Of a stretch of 64,000 nucleotides of DNA, positions 25,220 through 39,715 are shown piece by piece. How positions within the stretch are numbered: the first letter of the stretch is position 1; every line of letters begins with the position of its first letter. Origin of the DNA: Eledone cirrhosa (lineage: Eukaryota); contig OZ024744.1 of the NCBI GenBank assembly GCA_964016885.1, positions 51,212,001 through 51,276,000 of the forward strand. Reading direction: 5' to 3'. The notes under the pieces are model-generated. The model made no database searches. It had not been told where the DNA came from and saw only the letters and a list, made by a program, of their open reading frames with translations. The translations under genes were made by a program, and so were the position numbers.

Positions 25220-25664
25220 ACGGCGAGGGTCCTCCTATGTTTCTGACATGCAGCGTCTGTGCGAGACTCTGCCTAAGCAAAGCTGGACTCGAAAGTCATC
25301 TTCGCAGTCATAAAGTAAGACCAGTGGTTGACTACCAGGCTGCTGTTGGAGATGCTACTCATCATGCTTGCCAAACATGTGGTAGAGAATGTAAATCAGC
25401 AGGAGGACTCAAGCGACATGCAAAAGTACACGAACTCCAACCACAGCCGACTATTCCCAGTAAATGTTTTGGTTGCCGACTCTGTGCAAGACATTTTGGA
25501 TCATTGGCTGGGCTAAAAAGCCACATTCGATCGCAGCACTGTTAGTTGCTATCGTGTGTTTGTGTGTGTGTGTGTGTGTAGATATGCTTATGTGCGTGCG
25601 TGTGTGTGTATATATATATGAATATGTATATTATTATTGTTGTTGTCGTTATTATTATTATTGC

Positions 25665-25701
<37 letters not shown>

Positions 25702-25823
25702 GTTATTAATGTATGTGTGTATATATGTGTGAGTGTATGTGTATGTATGTGTGTGTGTATATATGTATGTATGTGTATGTATGTGTGTGTGTATATGTAT
25801 GTGTATATATATATATGTGTATA

Positions 25824-25856
<33 letters not shown>

Positions 25857-25876
25857 CTTTTCCCTTTTTTTTTTTT

Positions 25877-25952
<76 letters not shown>

Positions 25953-25993
25953 TGTGCAATGGCCATACTCGATAACGAGGGGGCAGCCATCAT
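25220..25993 (+). mobile_element. 3' end of an RTE-like LINE with three C-terminal C2H2 zinc fingers (stop at 25545)
   Basis: CSVC..H..H, CQTC..H..H, CRLCARHFGSLAGLKSHIRSQH; terminal hairpin shared with family C; (TATG)n flanks. Confidence 0.75.
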
Positions 25994-26111
25994 GTATGTA
26001 TGTATGTATGTATGTATGTATGTATGTATGTATGTATGTATAAGCCTATGTGTGTAACTATCTCTCTACGTGTGTGTGTTAATTTTGAATATATATATAT
26101 ATATTTTTTTT

Positions 26112-26859
26112 AATTGAGTTAGAATTATTTCCCCATATCTTACGTTAAATATTTTCCATTTTGACGTTATAGTCACTTATATATTATGAAATACTGTTGG
26201 CTTCTTGCTCACATTAATTTCTCTACTTTCATTTATATTTATACTCGGAATTTTTCCTAGAGTGCTTAAAATTATATATGACTAATCCCGGTCCTTTTTT
26301 TTAAAAAAAAAACTGCGATAATATTGCTATATGCCGAACTCCATACATTTGTAGAGTTTTTTTTCGGAATGTTTTGACTGCTGTTTCTTGTAAACAGACA
26401 TTCGTCTCATTTTGACGTCACCAGCCATGTTCTCCATGTGTGTTTATTTTCATAATTCCTCACGAGGTGAACTAGCCTGCTTTTAAATTGCCTTTCTGGC
26501 ATATTTTGGCAGTGGATTTTGCTTATCGTGTTGAGCTCTACTGATGAACGTTCCAACCGTGACTAATCCCACTGAAAAGTTTCGTGAAATAGTCTTTTAA
26601 GACTATATAGAGCATTTGTAGTTTTTCCAAATTGAAGGACGAGTATTTAAATTTTATTTTATTCTGAGTTAAGACTCTATTGGTTTTTTCCTTGGATTTC
26701 ACAAAATCTGTGGATGAAATCTCTGTCTTGATTTTTTTAAAATTGAGTTAGAATTATTTCCCCATATCTTACGTTAAATATTTTCCATTTTGACGTTATA
26801 GTCACTTATATATTATGAAATACTGTTGGCTTCTTGCTCACATTAATTTCTCTACTTTC

Positions 26860-26866
<7 letters not shown>
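26112..26866 (+). mobile_element. Non-coding hammerhead-containing unit with about 125-bp terminal direct repeat (retrozyme-like or PLE partial tandem)
   Basis: aattgagttagaatt...tttcatttata at 26112 and 26741 (period 629); (TA)n on both sides. Confidence 0.7.
26535..26613 (+). ncRNA. Type I hammerhead ribozyme, fully formed
   Basis: GCTCTA-CTGATGA-(ACG..CGT)-GAA-ATAGTCT ttta AGACTAT-A-TAGAGC. Confidence 0.85.
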
Positions 26867-26913
<47 letters not shown>

Positions 26914-27098
26914 GGCTTCTACAGGACTGGAACTGTTTCATCATTCGAAGGAATTGAGTACCTTTCTTATTGTGGTTACCCACGATTGAACCCAGGATAC
27001 ACACACACACACACACACACATACATACATACACACATGTATATGTGTGTGTGTGGAATTTTCTGCATACATAAATATGTATAAGCATATATATATAT

Positions 27099-27148
<50 letters not shown>

Positions 27149-27378
27149 ATATATATACATACAGTATCATAAACCGCACCACCACCACACCCACACCCCA
27201 CACAGAAAGTCAGTCTCATATGTCCCTCACCACCAACCAATCCCCCCTCCACCTACACTACAGGCAAACACATTCTCTAGACTTAACCTACCAATCAAAA
27301 CAAATTTCACTGACCAGCATATGAACATTAGGTTTTCTTGTGCGCCATGTATATTCATTCCATCATTACCACCAAAAA

Positions 27379-27463
27379 GATCCGACGAGCCGTTGATTAC
27401 AGAGTCGGGCTAGATCGATACAAATCGAACCATGAGCTGATCGGTGGCGAAACGCGCGTCACC
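27379..27463 (+). ncRNA. Degenerate type I hammerhead
   Basis: CCGACGA core (U4 to C), stem II GCCGTTGAT/ATCGGTGGC, GAA-ACGCGCGT-C; weak stem I. Confidence 0.55.
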
Positions 27464-27522
27464 AACCACTATACGCAATGAAGGAGTAACCACTCATTCT
27501 TGTTTTATTCTATATATATATA

Positions 27523-27724
27523 TAATTGTTTCTACTTTTGGCACAAGGCCAGCAATTATCCCAGTGCATTACTGGTACTTTATTTTATCGACCCCATAAG
27601 GATGAAAGGCAAAGTTAACCTCGGTGGGATTTGAACTCAGAATGGCAAGGGTCGTAATTCTGAGTTCAAATCCCATATATAATATATATAATAGAATGTA
27701 ATATATACTGCCAATCCACCGCCA
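27523..27724 (-). mobile_element. SINE (internally rearranged)
   Basis: Core, tail and head blocks with a short internal inversion. Confidence 0.8.
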
Positions 27725-27730
27725 TATATT

Positions 27731-27930
27731 AATAATAACGGTTACTTTCTTGGCCACTAGGATCAAAAACATTACAGGGACAGGAGATTTACATAAAATC
27801 GTGTAAAAATAAGAATATCAACCCTCAACAATGAGAGCACCGTAGGAAAGTGTTCCTCTCCTCTGCACTCTTCAGTCAACAGCACATGCTCAGAGTTGGA
27901 CCACCCAGTCGGACCATCCTCGCTACATTC
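27731..27930 (-). mobile_element. Probable diverged Tx1 3' UTR fragment
   Basis: aataataa..ttggccactagg..acagggacag..tttacata..atcgtgtaa parallels 5386-5480. Confidence 0.55.
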
Positions 27931-28068
27931 ACACAAATACACACAAATACATTCACACACACACACACAGAAATATATTTCCTTTTCGCCCGTTATTTTC
28001 AGCCTCGCTTTCATATTTTCTAAAATTTGTTTTCAAATCCATATTTAATAAATAGACCATGTTATTTA

Positions 28069-28128
28069 TTCATTCTGACGACTGAAGACAGAATAACATC
28101 TGTCTTCAAGAAACCACTGGTAAATGAA
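28069..28128 (+). ncRNA. Type I hammerhead ribozyme
   Basis: TTCATT-CTGACGA-c TGAAGACAGA ataaca TCTGTCTTCA a-GAA-ACC act GGT-A-AATGAA; second copy at 60075. Confidence 0.85.
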
Positions 28129-28222
28129 ATAATTATCTTATGTTGTTTATTACATAAATATATATATACATATACATATATTGCCATCAATCAATAAACG
28201 TAATGAAGGCTTAACAAATCGT

Positions 28223-28274
<52 letters not shown>

Positions 28275-28279
28275 ATAAA

Positions 28280-28360
<81 letters not shown>

Positions 28361-28371
28361 ATAAATATATG

Positions 28372-28404
<33 letters not shown>

Positions 28405-28423
28405 ATAAATATATGTATATATA

Positions 28424-28529
<106 letters not shown>

Positions 28530-28736
28530 GCTTAGTAAATCGGGTAAAATAACCCTATGGACTGAAAAAGGAGAAATGTGGCCACCAACCACTACGGAAA
28601 CTCAATTTTAGTATCTCTGAAATTTCTGGCCTACAGATTCAACGTGACGGTCATTTCCGGACCTTAGGATTCCTACATTTTCTAAGAATGTCAAAACTAC
28701 ACACACACACACGCGCACCACACATATATCCATGCA

Positions 28737-28841
<105 letters not shown>

Positions 28842-28845
28842 TTAT

Positions 28846-28898
<53 letters not shown>

Positions 28899-29089
28899 AT
28901 ATTTTTGTCTTCGTTGCTCAAATGGATGGTAAACAGAAAAATTTAGTGGTCTCAGGGGGCCACTATTAATTTCATTTTGAGAGGGCTTAGAGAATATGTA
29001 GAAATATGATTGAAATCGCATACATATATACATACATACATACATATATACATACATATATATATATATATACATACATATATAAATAT

Positions 29090-29300
29090 ATGGTGGCTGC
29101 CAACTCGTTTTCGAGTACGGCCACTACTTTATATCCATGTAGGAGAACCCCTACCGATGCGCTGAACGAGTGTGACTTTTTAGTCCAGCCAGCGACTTGA
29201 ACACTCTGGTACAAACACTACACTTGTGACAATTATTGACACATAGTGCAGGGCCCATGGTACCATGTGACGACAAGTGCAGAGAGATCTCCAGATATAA
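29090..29300 (-). mobile_element. Family A 3' part
   Basis: Encodes NCHKCSVCTRVFKSLAGLKSHTRSAHR; 3' hairpin. Confidence 0.85.
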
Positions 29301-29856
29301 ATATATACATATATACATACATATATACATACATATATACATACATATATACATACATAAATCCATCCATCCATCCATATATATATATATACATACATAC
29401 ATACATATATACATACATATATACATACATACACATATACATACATACATAAATCCACCCATACAATCATACATACATACATATATACATATATATACAT
29501 ATATACATACATACACATACATACATAAATACACACACACATACATACGTACATACATATTTACATACAAACAAACACATATATACATACATACATATAT
29601 ACATACATGCAAAAATACATACATATATATATACATACATATATACATATATACATATATAGATACATAGACATACATACATAAATACACACACACATAC
29701 GTACATACATATTTACATACAAACATACATATATACATACATATAAACATACATACATATATACATACATGCAAAAATACATACATATATATACATACAT
29801 TCATATATACATACATACATGCAAACATACATACATATATGTTGATTTTATTAAAT

Positions 29857-29990
29857 GTTTCTACCTTTGGCACAAGGCCAGCAATTACTCCAGTACATTA
29901 CTGGTACTTTAATATATCGACCTCGTAAGGATGAAAGACGAAGTTAACCTCAACCCCGAAAGTAAAGGGCCATAACTCTGTGCTGCAAAG
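29857..29990 (-). mobile_element. SINE fragment
   Basis: Tail and Meta-like core. Confidence 0.75.
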
Positions 29991-30105
29991 TAGAGATATT
30001 AACAGCATTGGTTATTATGACTAAGAAATATATTCATATATACACACAAACACAAACACATACACACGCATAACACACATACACACGCATAACACACAAA
30101 CACAC

Positions 30106-30289
<184 letters not shown>

Positions 30290-30291
30290 AT

Positions 30292-30500
<209 letters not shown>

Positions 30501-30504
30501 AATA

Positions 30505-30576
30505 TATGTGTGTGTGTGTGTGTGCGTGTATGGCTGTGTATATGTGTCTCTGTGAGTGTATGTGTATGCGTTTATG

Positions 30577-30612
<36 letters not shown>

Positions 30613-30664
30613 CGTGTATGGCTGTATATATGTGTCTCTGTGAGTGTATGTGTATGCGTTTATG

Positions 30665-30698
<34 letters not shown>

Positions 30699-30746
30699 CG
30701 TGTATGGCTGTATATATGTGTCTCTGTGAGTGTATGTGTATGCGTT

Positions 30747-30815
<69 letters not shown>

Positions 30816-30858
30816 ATGGGTGTATATATGTGTCTCTGTGAGTGTATGTGTATGCGTT

Positions 30859-30919
<61 letters not shown>

Positions 30920-30980
30920 ATGGCTGTATATATGTGTCTCTGTGAGTGTATGTGTATGCGTTTATGTATATATATATGTG
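30505..30980. repeat. Compound minisatellite, 5 units of (TG)n-cgtgtatggctgtatatatgtgtctctgtgagtgtatgtgtatgcgtttatg-(TA)n
   Basis: Direct reading. Confidence 0.9.
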
Positions 30981-31084
30981 CGCGTATGAATATACTACTT
31001 AGCCATAACAAACGATATTATTAAACTCTATTTCGATATTGTATACTCAATATATGTCCGTCAACAGCAAAAGTATATATGTAC

Positions 31085-31151
<67 letters not shown>

Positions 31152-31191
31152 TATATAGTGAGAAAAACCACAGACCCTCCATCTCAACTCA

Positions 31192-31229
31192 CCTTTTGAA
31201 AAGCAGAAGAACTGCGAAACCGGTAAAGG
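31192..31229 (+). ncRNA. Minimal type I hammerhead with U3-A8 core variant
   Basis: CCTT-TTGAAAA-GCAG aagaa CTGC-GAA-ACCGGT-A-AAGG. Confidence 0.75.
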
Positions 31230-31299
31230 AACCAAATAAATATATATATTTTTAAAAAAAAATAAGACTTCAGTTGCATTTTTGATTTCATCCCTTTTT

Positions 31300-31332
<33 letters not shown>

Positions 31333-31336
<4 letters not shown>

Positions 31337-31410
31337 CAACAGACCAGTGTCTGTCCTTAGGGCATCAACATATGTTAACCTTGGTCTTCCTCTTCTAGTG
31401 TGTCCATGTA
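31333..31410 (-). mobile_element. Small RTE ORF2 C-terminal fragment
   Basis: Translates HGHTRRGRPRLTYVDALRTDTGL. Confidence 0.65.
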
Positions 31411-31469
31411 GGGGCTATAGAAATAGCCGTCAAAACGGCTTGAGCTCTGCCGTCGGGGTCATACTTGTT

Positions 31470-31523
<54 letters not shown>

Positions 31524-31629
31524 ATTATTTATCCGTCCAATCCGCATGGTCGAGGCTTTGAAACTTCGAATTCTTTATACCATATACAATACTTGAAGTA
31601 AACTATAAATCCCTTCTACATATGTGTGC

Positions 31630-31719
<90 letters not shown>

Positions 31720-31781
31720 ATATATAAATATATATATACATATATATATATGTATGTATATATATATATATATATACATAT

Positions 31782-32389
31782 GTCAGGTCACCAGTTGGTG
31801 CTACTGGTAACATGTATCCCAGTACAACCTGTCCCATGGTCGGGTTGTTGGCGACTAAACTGGCAACCCCACCAAGGATTCTTGGTGAGGAGGGTGACTT
31901 TGGACATCCTGCAGGACTAAAAACAAAACCTGTCAAAGGGCAAAGGAGCTCTTAAGAGTCAATGGCCATCCAAAATCACCGGGAGAGATGACCCCTTAGC
32001 CTTTGTCAAGGCAGAATTCTAGGAGAAGGAAAACTCTGATATAACACCTGCAACCCTGATGGTATCCAATGATGTTGACTTATTCTTCTTTTTGGTAAAT
32101 ATCAACTCGGGTTAAGAGAGTGGGACTGGCTTTGTGCAGTGCCTTTGCTCACTATAAAAGCTTCACGGCACAGGCATTGCTTTATATCTGGAGATCTCTC
32201 TACACTTGTCGTCACATGGTACCAAGGCCCCAACACTGTGTCAATAATTGTCACAGGTGTAGTGTTTGTACCAGAGTTTTCAAGTCGCTGGCTGGACTAA
32301 AAGTCACACTTGTTTAGCGCATCGGTAGGGGTTCTCCTACATGGATATAAAGTAGTGGCCGTACTCGAAAACGAGTTGGCAGCCACCAT
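31782..32389 (+). mobile_element. Family A RTE-derived element (full)
   Basis: Near-identical to 13637-14250. Confidence 0.88.
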
Positions 32390-32592
32390 ATACATATGTA
32401 TATATATATGTATATATGTATATATCCATATATATATGTGTATGTATGTATATATGTATTTATATATATATATATGTGTGTGTGTGTATACACACACACG
32501 CACACATATATATATCACCATTTGTGGAGAAATCTACCCTCATAATTTTAGACACAGAATTTACTGTGTTTACTTCTACACATATTAATATT

Positions 32593-32772
32593 ATAATTGT
32601 TTCTCCTTTTGGCACAAGGCCAGCAATTCACCAGTACATTACTGGTACTTTATTTTATCGACCCCATAAGGATGAAAGGCAAAGTGAACCTCGGCGGGAT
32701 TTGAACTCAGACCGTAAAGGGACGTAACTATGCTGGAAAGCATGGCGTCCGACCCTCTACCGATACTGCCAA
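32593..32772 (-). mobile_element. SINE inserted in a PLE-type remnant
   Basis: Flanks 32545-32592 and 32773-32857 are contiguous in the uninterrupted copy at 59425-59549. Confidence 0.85.
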
Positions 32773-32854
32773 ATGCTCAGTATTTATACTTTGAACTTGT
32801 TAATTGCAGGGTATCTATATGAGTATATGAGTTAATAACTCTATATTTTATTTG

Positions 32855-32926
<72 letters not shown>

Positions 32927-33164
32927 CTTTGTTTTTAAAACTCCTGAGCGTGTCAAGAATTTCGAATTTGAAGCTAGCTTATTAGTGTTACAAATTCAAC
33001 ACACTTCTCTAGCTATGAAAAATAGTCCTATATCTGTATATAAACCGGTGGACGAACAAAGTGGTAGTGCCGTACTTATGAGGCTATGTTACATAGTCTA
33101 AATACACTCGTCGAAGCTGTTAAGCCTCAGTTAGCTATAAATTTAATATATATTTCATATATAT

Positions 33165-33340
33165 AATGATTTCTAGTATAGAAACAAGGCCAGAAATTTG
33201 GGGGTAGGGGAAATTCGATCAAATCGACCCCAGTACGTTACTGGTACTTGATTTTATCGACCCCGTAAGGATGACAGGCAAAGTTAACCTCGGCGGGATT
33301 TGATCTCAGACCGTAAAGGGCCGCAACTCTATGCGGCCCT
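33165..33340 (-). mobile_element. SINE (long-tail variant)
   Basis: Core plus extra ggggtcgatt..cccc segment. Confidence 0.8.
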
Positions 33341-33566
33341 TTACATTATATATTTCATATATAATGTAAATATTCACGACATAAGAATTGAGGAATTGTG
33401 CGTGTGAAGATAGGTGTGAATAAATCTGGCGTATAAAGACGGAATAAATCTGGCGTATAAAGACGGAATAAAAAAAAATGGGCACATACATACACATACA
33501 CACACATGCACACACATACACACACACATAAAAACATGCTCATACACACATACGAATATATATATA

Positions 33567-33647
<81 letters not shown>

Positions 33648-33857
33648 CTAATATATGTATGTGTGTATGCATGTCTATATATTTATATATATATATTCGT
33701 ATGTATGCATGTCTATGTATAGATAGAGAGATATACAGATATAAGTGTATATATATGTGTGTGTGTATATATATATATATATATACATATATATCGCTTT
33801 TTCTACCAGCCGAAATACGATTCTCGCTGAATTATATTTATATACATATATATGCAT

Positions 33858-34385
33858 GTAACGAAGGAAATGTGGTAAGGAACCAGATGGACCATAACGC
33901 ACCAAAGTACTCAATACTTAGGGTAGTAGAGTGGGTAATAGGAACAATTATGACCCCGACGGCAGAACTCAAGCCGTTTCGACGGCGAATTCTGGACGTA
34001 TATATATATATATATATATACGTTATTCCGGGTTGAATCGGAGGTAACCACAGTAAGTAATGTACTCAATACATTGCAGAGTATAAAAGTTTTAATATAG
34101 ATTTTATTCTACAGGACTAGAACTGTTTCATTCTTTAGAAATCATCAGGAGATTCCTGATGATTTCTAAAGAATTTAACAGTTCTAGTCCTGTAGAATCT
34201 CATCTACATTAAAACTTATATATATATATATATATACATACATATATATAGGTCCAGAATTAGCCGTCGAAACGGCTTGAGCTCTGCCGTCGGGGTCATA
34301 ATTGTTCCTATTACCCACTCTACTACCCTAAGTATTGAGTACTTTGGTGCGTTATGGTCCATCTGGTTCCTTACCACATTTCCTT
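33858..34385. mobile_element. Nested Penelope-like pLTR remnants (inverted pair 33858-33999 / 34251-34385 around a second-family palindrome 34020-34215)
   Basis: Outer arms match the pLTR at 57046-57180; inner palindrome is centred near 34151 on CTGATGA. Confidence 0.75.
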
Positions 34386-34398
34386 ATATATATATATG

Positions 34399-34475
<77 letters not shown>

Positions 34476-34591
34476 ATACATGAATATATATATATATATA
34501 AAGCTTTAAGCTAATATATTTCTTCCATGTACTGTGCCGTTTGCTTTGTTATTTTTGTTATTTCAGTTTACATTTAATACACACACATATA

Positions 34592-34640
<49 letters not shown>

Positions 34641-35424
34641 GCATACACATTCATATAGGTTAATAAATAGTATATCTCGTAATATATACAAATATAGAGA
34701 TGAATATCATTGAGTGTGTTTTAAAGCGTATGACGCAGGTTTAGTTGAAGATATCGGAAAGTGTGTATGGCGGCATATTATTTCAATGAGAATACCAGTG
34801 GTTAGCTAACATTTAAATGGTGATACTGATTTAAGCAGGAATTACGGACAATAGTAACAAAATTATTACTGTCAGATCATTGGTAGATTATGAGAATCAT
34901 CCCTTTTGATAACAAAGTCTTTTGATAACAAAGTCAGACTAAACCAGTTCTGGTTCTATAAACCAGACCTGGTAAACTCTAAAAACCCATACGGGAAGTA
35001 CCATAGAAAAAGTGCCTCAAAACGGATAATAATAGGGAGATTTTACACAATGAAAGCTATACCCATTTTCACAAGAAAAGCATCTCTCACTCACCCCAAA
35101 GTGGGTGGGAGATCTCCCTGTCCGACGGGGGAGAGTTGACAGGTTTGATAAATTAAAAAAACACTTTAAAGGGTTCATATTCAAATTTACTTTTTCTCCA
35201 ACTTTTGAGAACCATATGTTAACTTACTGTCATAGTAATGAAATAAATAAAATTTAGTAAATACCTCAAAACACTTCATTAATTTTTTTATCGAAGGATT
35301 ACTACTAGAATAAAAATTTCCCAAATAATTTTACGTAAGAACGACATATCCAGTTACTAAGTAATGGAATAACTAATAATTTTAGTAAATGCCTCAACAT
35401 TCTTCATTCATTATTTGAAATATA

Positions 35425-35615
35425 GGGCGGTGGAGTGACAGTATCAGTAGAGGGTCAGACACCATGCTTTCCAGCATTGTTACGTCCCTTTACGATCTGA
35501 GTTCAAATCCCTCCGAGGTTGACTTTGCCTTTCATCCTTACGGGGTCGATAAAATAAAGTACCAGTAATGAACTGGGTAATTCCTGGCCTTGTGCCTAAA
35601 GTAGAAACAATTATT
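35425..35615 (+). mobile_element. SINE with target-site duplication
   Basis: Full copy; attatttgaaatataggg repeated on both sides (about 35410 and 35610). Confidence 0.88.
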
Positions 35616-36030
35616 TGAAATATAGGGTTCCTATTTACATTAAACTTTTCCAAATTTATCATGAGAACCGTATATTCAGTTAATATCTTAATAAAGAAAT
35701 AATATACTTAATAAATGGTTCAAGAAACTTTATTAATTAATTGAAATCATCGGGAATGCGGTCACGAAGCGATTAAAAATTTACCCCAAAGTGAATTCAT
35801 AATGATTGCATTTATGGTATTATCAAACGTGTGGTACTTATGTATGTATGTATGTATGTATGTATGTATGTATGTATGTATGTATGTATGTATGTATGTA
35901 TGTATGTATGTATAAACCGGACCGTATGATAGTTTAACACAAATACATTTATCTATTTCAATAGATTATATGTATCACTCTCTCTCTCTCTATATATATA
36001 TATATTATATATATATATGTATGCATATAT

Positions 36031-36628
36031 ATGGTGGCTGCCAACTCGTTTTCGAGTACGGCCACTACTTTATATCCATGTAGGAGAACCCCTACCGATG
36101 CGCTGAACGAGTGTGACTTTTTAGTCCAGCCAGCGACTTGAAAACTCTGGTACAAACACTACACTTGTGACAATTATTGACACATAGTGCTGGGCCCATG
36201 GTACCATGTGACGACAAGTGCAGAGAGATCTCCAGATATAAAGCAATGCCTGTGCCGTGAAGCTTTTATAGTGAGCAAAGGCACTGCACAAAGCCAGTCC
36301 CACTCTCTTAACCAAGATGATATTTACCAAAAAGAAGAACAAGTCAACATCATTGGATACCATCAGGGTTGCAGGTGTTATATCAGAGTTTTCCTTCTCC
36401 TAGAATTCTGCCTTGACAAAGGCTAAGGGGTCATCTCTCCCGGTGATTTTGGATGGTCATTGACTCTTACGAGCTCCTTTGCCCTTTGACAGGTTTTGTT
36501 TTTAGTCCTGCAGGATGTCCAAAGTCACCCTCCTCACCAAGAAACCTTGGTGGGGTTGCCAGTTTAGTCGCCAACGACCCGACCATGAGACAGGTTGTAC
36601 TGGGATACATGTTACCAGTAGCACCAAC
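36031..36628 (-). mobile_element. Family A RTE-derived element
   Basis: Reverse complement of 13650-14250. Confidence 0.88.
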
Positions 36629-36693
36629 ATATGCATATATATATACATACATACATACATACGTACACACACACACATACACCCACACCCACC

Positions 36694-36801
<108 letters not shown>

Positions 36802-37250
36802 CATGTATATATATATATTGTTATGCATGTATAAAAATATTTATTTTAACAGACATTTTGAAATAAAAAAATCTTGCAAAACAAAAACGCAATATATATA
36901 TATATATATAAACACACACACACTCACACACACTCACACATACACACCCACACACACAACAACATATGTAAGTTGTATGTGTGTGTGTGACAGTGTATAT
37001 TGTCACCGATGGAAAAGTCGGTGTTTTGTAAATAAATATCAACTTAATCGTTCGATAAACACAAATCGAAAAAATTAGTACAAGCAGTAACATATTTACT
37101 AGAAATGATATATTAAACTAAATCATTTAAATAGACCATAGGAGAAAATAATATATAAATGTATATATATTATAACTGAACAAACAACCTCTTTCTTAGA
37201 GGTAATTTACTGTTATGAGACTATTTTGCGTTTCTAACTCAATACATGCC

Positions 37251-37291
<41 letters not shown>

Positions 37292-37737
37292 GAGAGCATT
37301 GAAGTTTGCTTGAAGCATTGTGGAATAATAAGGTAAGTTTCTTTAAGTCGTTTGGAAGCCTCGACAATGTAGATGGGTAAATCTCCGGGTAACAAGATCC
37401 GGTGGTGGAGAGAGAGATGTAAGTGGGTTTACGTTGAGATGCATGGCGTGTATAAGACTGTAACGTGTAGAGGAATGAAGGAAAGAGCGTAAAGGATAAA
37501 AATAAAAATAACAACACGAGAAAGAGTTACCTTGGGCGAGATTTAATTGTCCCTATAAATTTCGGATTCACATCCATCAAGTGGGTTTTTTTCCGGGGTG
37601 TGTGTGTGTGTGTGTGTGTGGGGGGGTTCTTTCGGAAAGGTGCGAAGTCCTCCGCTGTTCGTTGTTTTGAATATCTGAGGTATTCAGCAGAGCGCGCGTG
37701 CGCGTGAAATGTATATATATATATATATATATTTATG

Positions 37738-37784
<47 letters not shown>

Positions 37785-37787
37785 GTA

Positions 37788-37851
<64 letters not shown>

Positions 37852-37855
<4 letters not shown>

Positions 37856-38045
37856 AAAAAGTATGACCCCGAGGGCAGAGCTCAAGCCGTTTCGACGGCT
37901 ATTTCTGATCCAGAAATACCCGTCGAAACGGCGTGAGCTCTGCCGTCGGGGTCAAACTTTTTCCTATTCCCCACTCTACTACCCTAAGTATTGAGTACTC
38001 TGGTGCGTTATGGTCCATCTGGTTACTTACCACATTTCCTTTGTT
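37852..38045. mobile_element. Fold-back Penelope-like pLTR remnant
   Basis: Palindrome centred near 37908; matches 57046-57180. Confidence 0.8.
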
Positions 38046-38252
38046 ATATATATATATATATATATATATACAGTATGTGTGTGTGTGCGTGTGTGTAAAT
38101 ATATATATATGTATATATATATACACACACACACATATATATATATAAATAATAATATTTCAGAAGATCCAGAAGGTCTCGTTAAGGGTGGAAGCAGTGA
38201 TTCTTTCCTTAAACTTTAAGCTGTTATTTATATATACAAATATATTATATAT

Positions 38253-38358
<106 letters not shown>

Positions 38359-38460
38359 GTAGAACACTGGAAGGTAATATCCGTAGTGGTAGAGCACTCA
38401 GTCCAAGGGACGAGTTAGGTAGAAGTGGTTATACAACAGTTAGTTCACCATACCGAGAAC

Positions 38461-38576
<116 letters not shown>

Positions 38577-38668
38577 ATATATATATATATATATGTATGT
38601 ATATATATATAAGTATGTATATATGTATAGATATAGATATATATGAATGTATATATGTATAGATATAG

Positions 38669-38699
<31 letters not shown>

Positions 38700-38793
38700 T
38701 ATGTATGTAAAAGGTAAACAGAAATAACAACACGATCGGTACAGTATATGGAAGGAATACATTAGGTTAACTCTTGATATAGCAAGAAGAGGG

Positions 38794-38829
38794 TCTTAAC
38801 GTTTCGGACGGTAGTCCTTCATTAGAAGA
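38794..38829 (-). ncRNA. Minimal hammerhead, core mutated (CTAATGA)
   Basis: TCTT-CTAATGA-a GGAC tacc GTCC-GAAACGTT-AAGA; relative at 48295. Confidence 0.6.
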
Positions 38830-38978
38830 AAGAATAAGAAATAAGATAGATTGAGGGGACGGGGAGGGTGGAATTGGAAAAAATGTATTTATATAAAAAT
38901 AACAGGTCCATTTATGTTGACATATGTTGCCTATCTCTCTATCTATATATATACATATGTGTGTATATATACATATAC

Positions 38979-39057
<79 letters not shown>

Positions 39058-39093
39058 CATATATATATATATATACATATGTATGTATGTATG

Positions 39094-39124
<31 letters not shown>

Positions 39125-39186
39125 ATATATATATATACATCTACATATACATATACATATATATGTATATATATATATACACACAA

Positions 39187-39245
<59 letters not shown>

Positions 39246-39262
39246 CATATATATATACATAC

Positions 39263-39441
<179 letters not shown>

Positions 39442-39544
39442 TTGTTAGTTTCACACTTAGGAATGAAGGTACATAAATATAAATATATATAAATATTTAA
39501 GTCAAATTTGTGTAACTTTCGCAAGGGTTTTGTGCACGCTGTAA

Positions 39545-39715
39545 AGAATGGTTTCTTATATAAGCACGAGGCCAACATATTTTGAGAGCTGGGAAATTCG
39601 ATTAAATCTATACCAGTGCATGACTGGTACTTTATTTTATCGACCCCGTAATTTAACCTCGGCGGCATTTGAACTCAGATCATAAAGGGCCGTAAATCTA
39701 TGCTGCAAAGCACGC
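39545..39715 (-). mobile_element. Diverged SINE
   Basis: ctggtactttattttatcgacccc core and B box. Confidence 0.75.

Noticed and set aside
25162-25545. Host C2H2 zinc-finger gene
   Set aside because: No TGEKP linkers, start lies in (TATG)n, and the 3' end is shared with dispersed retroelements.
33070-33118. Hammerhead-like CTTATGA-stem-TAAA
   Set aside because: Two essential core positions altered and no stem I; similar weak candidates near 39740, 45545 and 48050 were also not called.
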